Source of the DNA: Balanoglossus misakiensis
Taxonomy: Eukaryota > Animalia > Hemichordata
DNA: 64,000 nt
Direction: 5' to 3'
NCBI GenBank assembly: GCA_040954595.2
Contig: CM082579.2
Coordinates: 2,596,345 to 2,660,344, forward strand
This document shows, piece after piece, positions 47,801 through 58,793 of the stretch. Positions within the stretch are counted from its first letter, which is position 1; each line of letters starts with the position of its first letter. Under the pieces are notes generated by a model. That model saw only the letters and a program-made list of their open reading frames with translations. It had not been told where the DNA came from and did not search any database. The translations under genes and the position numbers were made by a program.

Positions 47801-50137
47801 AGAAATGGTTTCCGTTTTTTAGTGGTAGATGCATCAGACCATCTGATGTCATGACAAATTATATCAACAACAGATATCACCACAACTGTTACTGGTGTAG
47901 GAGGGATAAATTCTGTTATTGATGATGTGAAATCAAAGAATTATACAGCATCATTCAGCTAACATCTCGCTGCAATAATACTGTGTGGATTTTACAGCCA
48001 AACAGGAAAGAGAGCTGTCGGACCTACACAGCGAGAAGATAACGCTGTCTGAGAAACATGAAAAAGAAGTGGAGAAAATCAAAGCAGAGACGGAAGAACT
48101 CAGAGAGGATCACAAGAAAGAGCTTGAAACTGTGAAAGCTGAGTTGAATGAAGAACACAAGAGAAGTGTGGAAACTCTTGAAGAGAATATGAAGACAAAG
48201 CACGCAGAAGAAAAGAAAAATCTGGAAGAGGAACATTCAAAGACTCTGGCAAAAGGTAATGGTTCCCTTTTTATACTGTCTGTACAACTTCATCAAACCC
48301 ATCAGACATGAACATTCCAGAAACAGACAATTGTCACAGCAGGTGCCTGGATATTTGTAAAATCTGATGCATGAAAAATGACCAACCTTTATGCATGTTG
48401 TGATAAACAGAAAAATCAATCAGTGGTGAGGTCAGACATGTTTGATCACATGAATGAAAATCACATACACATTTTACATGTTACTCAAATTATTAATTAT
48501 TGTTTGCAGTGATGTCAGATTATTCAGCCAACCTTCAACGAATCAAGGCGCAACACAGGGAGGAGGTAAGCATGAGTGATATCTTTCCAGTCCACTCTTA
48601 AATGAAAATAATCTAGCGAAGATCAAGGATCAATGTATAGGTGCCACTCTGTTGTGAGCATGAGACTAAGATCATAGTATTACCTGGATAAAATATGAAG
48701 AATCCAATCACAATTTGTACTTTTTTGTAGCTGTCTGAACTCTTGAGGATACAAAATTTGAATTTAGAAGAATTGAAAGATGAGTTCAAGGAAAAGCTAT
48801 CCAAACAACATTCAGAACATCAACAACTTGTGGACGGCATGACTCAAGAATATACCAGCAAGATGAATAAAATAACCACTGACTTTGAGACAAAGAACCG
48901 TACATTGCAGGTGAGAATTAACTCTTTGAGTAGTTGCACATATCTTGGTCAATACCAGTAACTATGAAGGGTCTGTATCAGAATTGTACATGTAGGTGTC
49001 ATTTCTTTCCAAGTCAAACTGCAGTGTTACCAGAAGTATTCTGAAATTTTGTCTCTTTCACATTTTAACTCACTGTTACGTCTTATATTAACCTTGTATT
49101 TTTGCAGGATGAAGTTGAAACGCTGAATTTTCAATGCCAAAACTACAAAGATAGAGTTAAATCATTTGAAGCAAACTTACATAAAGATCTTGATGCCAAG
49201 TTACAGGTAAACTTTGTGATTTCTCAGAATTTTTTAATTTGCATGAATGCGTGAATTTCTCTTCACAAAGACAAAGGCTGTCCTGTTCTAATCTCTGATA
49301 TTATTCCATAATTTCTTTCACAGCTGGCCATTGCACCTTACAAAGATTTACAAGCAGAAGTTGAGAGTTTGAAATGTGTGTTGGAACTGAAACGTGTAGA
49401 AATGCACGAACTCCGTGCACACAAGAATCAACTATCGAAACAGGTTGGTGATTTCCAATGGAGTACATGTAGTACATGTCAAGTTTTATCTAAATGAGAT
49501 GTGATGCAGATATGTGATCACATTTATTGTATGTTTGGTAAAACTTACAAAACTGTTGTTGTTTTGTTTTTTGGGGAATCAGCTTGAAAGAATTCCAAAG
49601 ATGGAGGAAACTATAAAGAAACTTGAAGCCACCAATGAATCATTGAGTGCCATTGTGGAGAGAAAAGCAAACTATGAAAGGTAATGCTATCAACATCTCC
49701 TGCATTGCTTTCATCTTTTCAAAGTACCTGTCTTTTGACTTGAAGGGATTGGTTTATTGTGATATTTTGAATACCGGTAATTGTGTTTCGTGTCAATGGT
49801 TATATGAAAACTAAAATTCTGACCAGTTTATTGTTTGTCTCGCCCTAACAGGCAGCTTTCCTCCGAACATCTGGTTCTGCAAGAACATTTTGAGAAAGAA
49901 ACAGAGGTCAACAAACGTCTCTCCAGGGAGAACGAAGAACTAGTATGGAAGTTACAGAATTCCGATGGTGGATCATTGTCAAGTTTGACACCCAGCAGTA
50001 CCCGATCAACACTGTCACCTTCACCAACTCATAGCCATGTTCACAGCCACCTGCTACGAGAGAGTCAGACACTGTCAAGGTCAAGTTCGACAGACAGTCA
50101 TGAGAGTGGGGTCTTTCCACTCTCGCCATCACAGTAG
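32406..50137 (+). CDS. MTUS1: MTUS1/MTUS2-like microtubule-associated scaffold with N-terminal CAP-Gly, long isoform >1800 aa, 5'-partial; join(32406..35826,[36229..36270 or 36297],37757..37969,[38470..38511],39659..39922,40570..40671,47256..47491,47600..47681,47998..48255,48510..48565,48731..48910,49108..49206,49324..49443,49583..49680,49852..50137)
   Basis: C-terminal coiled coil with MTUS-type motifs [19 protein letters not shown] and RQLSSE...[21 protein letters not shown] (recalled human MTUS1 ESLKAVLEIK and KVNKRLSMENEELLWKL). All listed exons have GT-AG borders with consistent phases. Likely a single pro-orthologue of MTUS1/2. Confidence 0.82.
33849..34184 (+). repeat. Degenerate in-frame tandem duplication, 168 nt / 56 aa
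   Basis: [13 protein letters not shown]...[10 protein letters not shown]...LVPKSLAV versus [13 protein letters not shown]...[10 protein letters not shown]...LLPKNLAV; units start at 33849 and 34017. Confidence 0.85.
36229..36297 (+). CDS. Candidate small cassette exon of the MTUS-like gene with two in-frame donors (36270 / 36297)
   Basis: Acceptor ACACATAG|; [14 protein letters not shown] (42 nt, GAAG|GTAGTT), or extended by GSSFWNEIR (69 nt, GAG|GTACAG); both phase 1-1. Confidence 0.5.
37757..37969 (+). CDS. MTUS-like exon, Ser/Arg-rich
   Basis: TTTTTTCACACCAG|; GSKPSNRTT...NPIPLRLQ; CAAA|GTAAGA; 213 nt, phase 1-1. Confidence 0.8.
38470..38511 (+). CDS. 42-nt exon encoding an SxIP motif
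   Basis: Pyrimidine tract then GGTCAG|; [14 protein letters not shown]; donor AGTA|GTAAGT; phase 1-1. Confidence 0.65.
39659..39922 (+). CDS. MTUS-like exon, Ser/Thr/Ala-rich
   Basis: TTTTTATAG|; [16 protein letters not shown]...SKVPVRP...TLSS; CTG|GTAAGA; 264 nt. Confidence 0.78.
40570..40671 (+). CDS. MTUS-like exon
   Basis: TTTACAG|; [34 protein letters not shown]; CTG|GTAAGT; 102 nt. Confidence 0.8.
44478..44592 (+). CDS. Alternative first coding exon giving an ATIP1-like short isoform (509 aa with the nine downstream exons)
   Basis: ATG at 44478, [38 protein letters not shown], donor CCG|GTATGA in phase 1 matching acceptor 47256. Resembles the recalled human ATIP1 N-terminus [25 protein letters not shown]. 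Confidence 0.72.
47256..47491 (+). CDS. MTUS1: MTUS-like coiled-coil exon
   Basis: TTTCCAG|; ...[16 protein letters not shown]...[15 protein letters not shown]; GAG|GTAATT. Confidence 0.88.
47600..47681 (+). CDS. MTUS1: MTUS-like coiled-coil exon
   Basis: CTGTAG|; [27 protein letters not shown]; TTG|GTAAGT. Confidence 0.85.
47998..48255 (+). CDS. MTUS1: MTUS-like coiled-coil exon (E/K/H-rich)
   Basis: TTTACAG|; [14 protein letters not shown]...EEHSKTLAK; AAG|GTAATG. Confidence 0.88.
48510..48565 (+). CDS. MTUS1: MTUS-like exon
   Basis: TTTGCAG|; [19 protein letters not shown]; GAG|GTAAGC; converts phase 1 to 0 as required. Confidence 0.83.
48731..48910 (+). CDS. MTUS1: MTUS-like coiled-coil exon
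   Basis: TTTTTGTAG|; [16 protein letters not shown]...KNRTLQ; CAG|GTGAGA. Confidence 0.87.
49108..49206 (+). CDS. MTUS1: MTUS-like exon
   Basis: TTTTGCAG|; [33 protein letters not shown]; CAG|GTAAAC. Confidence 0.87.
49324..49443 (+). CDS. MTUS1: MTUS-like exon
   Basis: TTTCACAG|; [31 protein letters not shown]...; CAG|GTTGGT. Confidence 0.88.
49583..49680 (+). CDS. MTUS1: MTUS-like exon
   Basis: ATCAG|; [32 protein letters not shown]; AAG|GTAATG, phase 2. Confidence 0.83.
49852..50137 (+). CDS. MTUS1: MTUS-like last coding exon
   Basis: CTAACAG|; [37 protein letters not shown]...PLSPSQ*. Confidence 0.9.
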
Positions 50138-53100
50138 TTGTCCGACTGGGGAAAAAAGAGTTTTGGAAAATGGAGAGAACATTTGGTTGTTTTTTTAGGA
50201 TCAGTTGCAGTCTGAACGTGGTAATGGTATGGTACGACTGCAGTTGGTGGAAGTGTCGGCTCATTACTACTGTAGAGTCATGTTGCACAACTCATGTCCA
50301 TGTTGTGAGATGTATATCAGTGGAATGGACACAAGACAGATTTCACTGGACTACTCACGCAAAGTTGCTATGATCTGAGGAGGCTGTGCGAAGGACTCAA
50401 GAATAAGCCGATCAGCCGGTCGGCCATCTTTTGTACTAAATTTCTTCACCTACAAGATCATCATTCACAGTGTCAAATTTACGCGCGACATCTGGCATGA
50501 ATGGACCATGCGTACCGAGTCAAATTCAAAACTGTCATATCTCTATTGGTCACATAGTATAGATATGTCTGTTGTGTGATAATTTCTGTGTCACAGTCTG
50601 GTCAAACAGTTCACACATATCCGTGTAGCACATGGCTAAGTCACATATCTGACTACCGGTAGCTATTGCCAGGTTTTTAGTTTTCAGTCATGCACACACA
50701 ATACAAATACGTCAATGCCTGTTTTTCAAATGCAGAACAAGCAGCATCGTGATGGGGTTGACTTTAGTGAGATTCAAACAAAGTAACTTCTCAACAGAAG
50801 TGTAATATTCAAGATGCCTACATATACAGTAAAACTCGCAATGCGAGTTCTCTTAGATTACAGAACCGAAGTTATTGTGATGATGAGTTCTGTAATGAAA
50901 AATAGGTGCGTTTGATTGGAAACCCATAACTTTGCTTTATAACTGCACAACACACACTTCGTATTTGTCTGTACACATTCCATGATCAAGGAAAATTACC
51001 GTCAGCATCTTTTAATACTAATACTAGTTGTTGATCAAAAATCTTTGCCAATGTCGTAAAAGGTCACAAACACAGTCATTCGGTGTAGAAACCATTGTGT
51101 GAAAGTGTTCTAACATCAAATTTTTAACTGCAAATTAAATAGTAATATATAAATGAATGAAGGAAATCTTCAAAGAAATATATGATTGTTGTTGGACTAC
51201 ATGTTTGCATATCAATGTGAATGATCCATAATCACTTTTTGAGTTGTGGTTGTGTGGTTGTTTTGTAGACTGGTTTTCCAAAGAAGTGGTCATATTTGAT
51301 ATATGAGCCACATTTGTGGTCATAGCTTTAAAGTTTTTTCCGATAATTCTATAAATGTGAGTGAGTTTATATCTGGGTGTTTTTTTGTCTGAGGCTCAGG
51401 CTGTCTTGTGTGTTTTCTATTTGCTTCAGTTCTGTGTGCTATGTTGTGCCATTTGCCAGGGGAGTTGAGCAAAATCAGTAGCGTGTTTGAGTTTTGTACT
51501 CTTGAGGGCGCTCTTCACATCTTGAAGTTCTTGAACGAAAATAGCTGAATCAACAAAATGCAAATTTACTGCTGCAGAGTCAGTTTGGGGATGGAAGTAA
51601 TACCCTGGAAAATATCAGAGACTCAATGCAACACTGTATGAAATGAAACAGTTAATTCTTGATTTTATCTTCTGAAACCATCTCAGCTGGAGTCCAAACA
51701 GACCACTGTCTCGTTTCTGTTGTTGCAAAAATATGATCTTTATTCTAATTGCAAGACTCTATCATGAACATTGCCCTCGGAAGAAATTCCAGAATTGCTC
51801 ATGAAGAGTTATGTTTCCACAGAAACTTGAGGTTTGCTGCAACGCCCTATTTTGTATATGCTGCTGTGTGGTGTTCATGTAAACAAAAATAAATGTTGAT
51901 AAAGATTTACCCGAGTACTTAAAAATTTTGTTTTTTGTTTTGAAAATTAACAATTCCATTATACTGTACAAAAGAATATTTGGTGTGTCTTGCCATGTAA
52001 ATCTTATGTAATATAAATTAATGCATCTTATACTAAATATGCTGTATATTCAAAATATCAATTATATTCATGCAGACTAATTTACAACACTTGTTTAGAA
52101 AATCTTTATTTTTTTTTCTTCAGAATATTAATTTATAAAGTGTTTTGATTAATATTGTTCAGTTTTGCAGAAGAAGTGGAAGTCTTTACTTTTCATTTTC
52201 ATGCAAACAGATAATGATTTTGGACATGTTTTAAATGTCAGTATAGATTGTGGCTGCCCGATGCAGGAACTGGTGTTAAATGAACAGTCAGTTGTCACAT
52301 AGATGGTAGTGATTGTATTAAATTGTGTTGGGGTAGAAAGTGCCCCACATTAATTTTTTTTCCATATCCTTTGATCATGGTGGTGCAAATTTTGTAAACG
52401 AAAATGTTACATGCATTTCTTTTGGTGATTGTAGAGTCAATTCGATATTTCGTGTGGCATCAAGTAAATGTCTGTTACTCCAGGCTTTTACCCCCAAACT
52501 CCCACCCAAGGTATCACGCTGTTCAGTCTTCCATTTTATTTTGTTGGTCAACTCATGAAGTTTCAGGAAATTCTTCAACGCTCTGCACATTCAGTGAGCT
52601 TAGTTTTGTGTACCTTGTATTTCTGTATGATGGAGTTTGATGGTAATGTTGGTCTAAGTTCTTGTCTGGAGTGAAACACAAAACTTGTTTGTTCCAGAAC
52701 TGCTACTCAAGTGAGTTGAATTGTCCACTCTCATTTCACTGAATCCTTCCAACATAGAATATAGTCACGTAGTTTGAACTCTTGCCTGTTCTGCGCGTTT
52801 TGTGGTTCCGTAACATGTTTTGCACTAAACTGTATTTGCCATTAATTTGTATTGTGGTGCAGTAGTGTGTGGATTAAAATAATTGCTGTTGTCATGTGAG
52901 TAACCGTTGTCAAAACCTGAAAATGATCCAAGCGCCTGCTGACATTTTCCCCAAGGTAATCATATTAGTTTGCAAAATCAACAAATTTATTGAAGGAATA
53001 TTGAGTATAGCTGTGATTCAGTTATATCATGAAATGCATGATGGGATATCATCTCATAGAAATATAAAAAAGAGAAAATCTAATATGAGAATTTGAACGT

Positions 53101-53307
53101 TCTAAAGTGAAAAATTAAAATGATAAAAATATAAGCCTTGAAAAAATAAAAACCAATTATTAAAACCATCCCAGAAAAAACTTTTTGTTGTGAATCCAGA
53201 TTAATATATGGCCTGTAGTCTGCAGTTGAAAACACTGCAGAATTTCAGTGTCAGCACTTCTAAAATATTAACTGTAATTTATTCCTCTTGTTGTAGAGCT
53301 TTATGGA

Positions 53308-53417
53308 AATAAAATCTTTATGAACTTATGAGTTCGAGTCTTGAAGTTTTAAAATGTTACGCGATCACTTGTGGAAAAAAATTGTGCTATGTTGGGTATC
53401 TAAGTTAATCCTTTATT
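53308..53417. terminator. Facing candidate poly(A) signals of the convergent MTUS-like (+) and SLAIN-like (-) genes
   Basis: AATAAA at 53308-53313 on + and TTTATT at 53412-53417 (AATAAA on -). The + strand appears T-rich to the left and A-rich to the right (judged by eye). Confidence 0.4.
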
Positions 53418-55685
53418 TTCTGAAGTATTCAAGTATAGTTCATGCCTTTTCTGAATTAAGAATGACTGTATAAAGATGTATATGTTGTAAGTAAAACGAT
53501 ACAAGTCAGGTGTGCTGTAGACATTTGGCTCGTAAACAAAGGCTAAATGATATTGACCGTTGGTGGTAGTGTCTGCTTTTATGGCATCCAAAGAATTCAT
53601 TGTGGGAAAGAAAAGACTCGGTCAACAGTTTACAAACAAAACAAAGCTTTATTGTTTGAAATGCCCTGACACACTGTAAACCCCATAATTATCTTGTATG
53701 AAATCAAAGTACAATGTACAGCAAAATGAAATGAATAAAATTCCAAGAAAAAGGAAATATACATTACTGAAATTGACACTTGACATAACAAAATCATTCA
53801 ACAAGATTGAAAAAACATGGACTTCAGTGTGCTTGACATGGTTCAAATCACATTGATGCATTTCATTGTTTTCTAGTTTACCAACATGGTTTATTTACTT
53901 CATTTTTCTTGTGTGTGGCCAAGAAGCGAAATGTGCTGATTTGTTGAGCTTTATTTTCCCATACATGGAAAACACATCACTGTTGTAAAATTGTTTTGAC
54001 AAAACGTTAAGTGAATGGGAGTTTGTGGTTGAACAATATGGCTGTTTTCTACAGAAATGAAAAAGCACATACCATGCAAAAAACGGGGAGAGAGCCTCTA
54101 CTAAACTGAAAAAAAAAATACATCTTTAATACAATGATTCTATGACTACACTACATGCATGGATAAAGACTGGACCCTGCTTTAAATGAACTGTGACAAG
54201 TTCTAAAAGAAAAAAAAAGTTGAAACTTGAGAAGTTTGTGAAGTACAGATATTTAAGTGTGCTGGTTGCACAAAACTTCAACAGTGCATTTACATTTGTC
54301 CCAAACAAACTAACAGCTACATTAACCAGTGATCAGTCACTTCAGTGGGCAAACTCAGGCCTGTGTGAGGTAACCTGAAAGTTAACACTGGGGGAAAAAC
54401 AGACTTATTTAATAAATATCTTGAATTTACAAGCATTAAGAAATAAAAGGCTTTGAAAAAGTCAAGTTACACAATATATACAGGTTCTGAATTCTCTGAT
54501 GTATAGCGATGATAATTCAAGTATTAGTATTATTGGCAAAGGAATAGTCTTTTTGACCAATGGCATTACAGGTCATGTGTTACTCTTGCCATATTAGGAA
54601 ATCATTTTATTCATGATGCATATCCCATTGAAAACAGATACACTATTTACATGTACAGTACTTGAAAACTCAAATTGCAAAAAAAGTACTATTTTGTGTC
54701 TTTAAAGTTTAACTCTGAAGAAGTTTGAACAGAGAATTCTTCAGCACATTCAATAGACTTTTGATTTTATGAATCCAGCATTGTGAACTCTCAGAACATA
54801 ACTGCACCATTTAGACATCTCAATCTTCTTCAAAAGCCCGAAAAATCTGACAGTTTTTGCTAAAAAGGTTTAGCAATCTGTTCAACAGACTGACTGAACA
54901 CCATGCACAGTTCGTCTCGATGTCTAATATGTAAATACCACTGTTCAGATTCCTGACTTGTTTTTGAAAGGAAGAATTCAGAAAAGTTTACAAAGATTTG
55001 AGATTACATACACTGTGAACACATCAACATGGAAATCTTAACTTTGAACAGGAACACTTTGATTTCAATAACCACTCCACTTCTTTTTAATGACAAGTTG
55101 AGGAAATCAACCTCAATTTTTTTTTTAATTTTCCTATAAATCAACAACTTTGCAAGGTTCTTAGTTTGGGCTGACCTGAAACAATCTTGCAAAGATGTCA
55201 GTGACTGGTCAAATTCATTTGTTAGACCAATCTGCAAATTTGAACAACATGTGCATATCAAGACTATAAACCTGTAAGAATGTTCCTTCAAATGCACTGC
55301 AGACCACTCCAAATGTTTTACACAACTACAGAACACTTGATTTACAGGTAAATGCATATATTTTGAGAAAATGATACGATCAACGCATTACCATATACTG
55401 ATCACTTAATTCACTTGAAGAAGAAGACTGAACATTGCCATAAAACTGGACAAAGAGGATTAATTTAGCAAATTGGTACGAACTGAACGAACCACACAAC
55501 TGATCAGCCCGACATGTTGTCAAAACTGGCCCGGATTGTAAGTCCTGGCTTGTGATCAGTGTTGATTACCACTTAATTAGTTTGTCTTTTCATTGGTCAG
55601 GTTTATGATTTTTTGTTTCAGATAACATTTTCGGGCAACGGAATGTTCATGATAAGAAGGCTAACATGACAAAACTGCAGAAAAT

Positions 55686-55721
55686 CCCCCCTCCCTCTTC
55701 CCCCCCCCCCCCCCCGCCCCC
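55686..55721. repeat. C-rich low-complexity tract (G-rich on the SLAIN sense strand)
   Basis: Several C runs, including a long homopolymer, in the probable SLAIN 3' UTR. Confidence 0.8.
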
Positions 55722-56545
55722 AAAGAAAACAAATAACAAAATACAAAATAAACAAACGGAAATGACCAGCAAATCATCACTTCCAGTGGAATGGATTAGT
55801 GCATTTGTAATGTTAGAGTTTGTACTCCAGTTATCATTGCACTTTAAATGAGGTCATCTGGTGCTGAACCTGTAACAAGTATTCTGATTGGCTACTATGG
55901 TACAGCTTGGAAACTGTCGAGCCAATCAGCATCTCTCTCCTAGGTGGGCATCACTCACTGACCTTTGGACCTCGTTGACAGGTTATACAATTTCTAAATC
56001 TAAAATAAAATTATTCACACATCTGCAGCAGTGTAATCTTTATTAAAATCTTAAATAGCATGACTTCACTTTTGATATTGAGAATAACGGCAAAAATTAA
56101 ATTTTTGACCCCTAACATCACATATTGAGCAATATGGCAAATTTCTGATAATTGTAAAATACAGGCACTGTAAAATGCGTAAATTGAACAGGAAAATCAC
56201 TAAATTAACAATGACATGATCGAAACTAAATTTCAGAGTTGCAGTATTTCAGAGGTTGAACCTGATGGTTGCATTCTCTCACTCAAAAGACCCAGTTGAA
56301 AGTTTCCTTTCCGTCAAACATCTCCCAGCGGCCATCTTGTTTGGCACTTCAAAGTGCGCCCTCGACGACCAAGACACTCCCGATTACAACCTTCAAAATA
56401 CTGCAATAAATTATTCCTCACAAATAAAATCCTATCATAAAATGTATCCCAAATCTAAGTGAAACCCAATACTCTAATAATTTATAACCCCCCTTAATTT
56501 AAATCTGATTATGCAATTGATTTGTGAGAAGTACTGTTGCGTTGA

Positions 56546-56618
56546 CTAGAAGCATCCTTCCTTCCAAGTTTCATCTCTGATTCGATATTCGTTGTTACCT
56601 TGTCGTGGTATTGAGGTA
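56546..56618 (-). CDS. SLAIN2: SLAIN-like last exon
   Basis: TCTTGACAG|; STSIPRQGNNEYRIRDETWKEGCF*. Confidence 0.88.
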
Positions 56619-58738
56619 CTGTCAAGACAGAAGAGAAATAGAAAGAATGATTTTAGTGGCAGGAGACACCACAGATACTATGGCTACCATACATTTCATC
56701 AATCCCAGATTTTCCATCGGAGGTCATGAAAAAATGTGTAAATTCAAGGTGACCATATAAATACCCACCTTCTGCTATGATTGACCGGTTCGCTGAGTCT
56801 CGACTTGTGTTTCTGTCCATTCCTGGTCAGGGGCCTTGGCAGAGAGCTACTGCGGTGTGGCGAGATGTCTCCACTGCGCACGCCGACGGGTATGCTGCTA
56901 CGATGTGGCGATGATGTCCGTAGGTTGGTTGGGGAGGGTTGCCTGAGATGGGAAATCTGGGTAGGCTGGCGAAGTCTGGATTCGTGATTCTGTATTCCCG
57001 TTGACGGTGGGGGCGGTGATGCCTGCTGCCGGCCTCCTCTCTCTCGAACTAGGTTTGGCATACTGCTCCTAGTTTGGTCTGAAAGTGAAAGAAAAATAAT
57101 CATTTTACTGGTTGTCAACTAAATCTCTACTGTTTGTAGATGGTATACATAACATCTTAGTCACCAGAAAATCAAACTCTGTGATCGTGTTTTCTCACCT
57201 GAAACTTGTAAATTGGCCAAATCTTCTGGAGAAATGGTGTGATTTGCTAAGGAAGCTCCTAAACTGTATCTCTTCATCTCACCTGCATAGAAAAGTCAAA
57301 AACACAAGTTACATAAATGTAGTTGCTACATGTATTGTGCAAGATACAGTCCAGCTGGGTGTATATTGTTCATCATCTGAGAACACAGTTTATGTCATTC
57401 AGTCTGGCAGACGACTTTGTCATATATGCTTTTTTGTTAGCCACATATTTGAATGATTTTTACTATACATAGCACTGACAAAAATTGACACAATGTTGTG
57501 TACCTTCACGACTTTTCTTGACTCGTTCTAGTGAAGGTCTTCTTCTCAGCACCACAGTCGGCTGTTCATTTTCAAAGTTGTCATCCGGGAAATCATGATT
57601 CTCTGATTGTCTGTGTTTTGGCGAGTGTCCCTTGTCTCTGTGCTGCGGATGCTGCCGGTGTTGCCGGTGATGCTGCTTTCTGCTCTGGTGCTGCAGCAGT
57701 TCCTGGTGCAGTTGCTGCTGTTGTGGGTGCTGCTGTTGTTGCAGATAGTATTCGCCCTGCTGCTGATGATTCTGATGGTACTGCTGTTCTGGCTGGAACT
57801 GCATTGGCGAGTGTTGCTGTCTGTGGTGCTGCTGCTGCGACGGCACAAGGCTGCGGGGCGAGTGTTGCTGCTGCGGTGCATGACCCCGAGGCGAGTGTTG
57901 CTGCTTGTGATGCGGCTGCTGCTGCTGGTTCCGATGGTACTGTTGCTGTTCCTGGTGTTGCTGCGGATGTTTCCGATGTTGCTGCAGCTGTGGGTGACTG
58001 CGATGCTGTTGCTCCTTGTGTTGCTGCGCTTGCTGCTGATACTGCAAACTGGATGACGGTGATGAGATTCTGCGTGGCGAAGAGTTTGGCGAACTCTGGA
58101 TAGTTGCCTGTCTTAAACCTAGCACAGAGAAAAAAATTATTAGGATGATAATAGGTTTGTGAGAGACTATCTTGAATGAGCTTTGTACAAAGTGCAATTT
58201 ATAGTACATGTACTTCTACTGAACTGAGAGATTCATTACTAGAAGGCATTCCACATTGGGATAATTGAGAGTGCCTTCAAGCTACAAATCTTTCAGGCTA
58301 CAATTCATGTGTTTATCATGATTTACTAGTATTCAACTAACTGTGGTATTGTTAGTGACATTGGCTTATCATGAGTAAGTTCATTTATGGCGAGTGACAG
58401 CGAGAGAACATGGTGTGTCTTAATTTTTGGCGAGAGGTGGCTTCTGAGAGAGTCTAGCGAGAGACAGACTGTCCTGGAGGCCTGCACTCCATACAGGATA
58501 TTGGGACAAATTACATGTAATGGCAGTCATGGAGAGAAAATTAATAGAAATACATCTTACACATTTATCATTTATATGACACTCTATCGCTACATGTGTT
58601 TAGTAGAGTGCGGCCATGCAGCGTGTCTTACCGCCGCTCAGTGAGTTAAAAACATAACATAAACTGGGACTCTCTTGAAAACAGTCCATGGCTTATTTTT
58701 TTACGTGCAGGGAAGTTACAAGTGGGTTTTTCATTGGT

Positions 58739-58793
<55 letters not shown>

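Noticed and set aside
50824-50849. TACAGTAAAACTCG plus palindrome AACTCGCA-A-TGCGAGTT as a transposon end
   Set aside because: No matching distal inverted repeat or target-site duplication found.
57531-58103. Ala/Val-rich and Leu-rich plus-strand ORFs (57531..58103, 57607..58056)
   Set aside because: Antisense shadows of the CAG/CAA-rich SLAIN exon.
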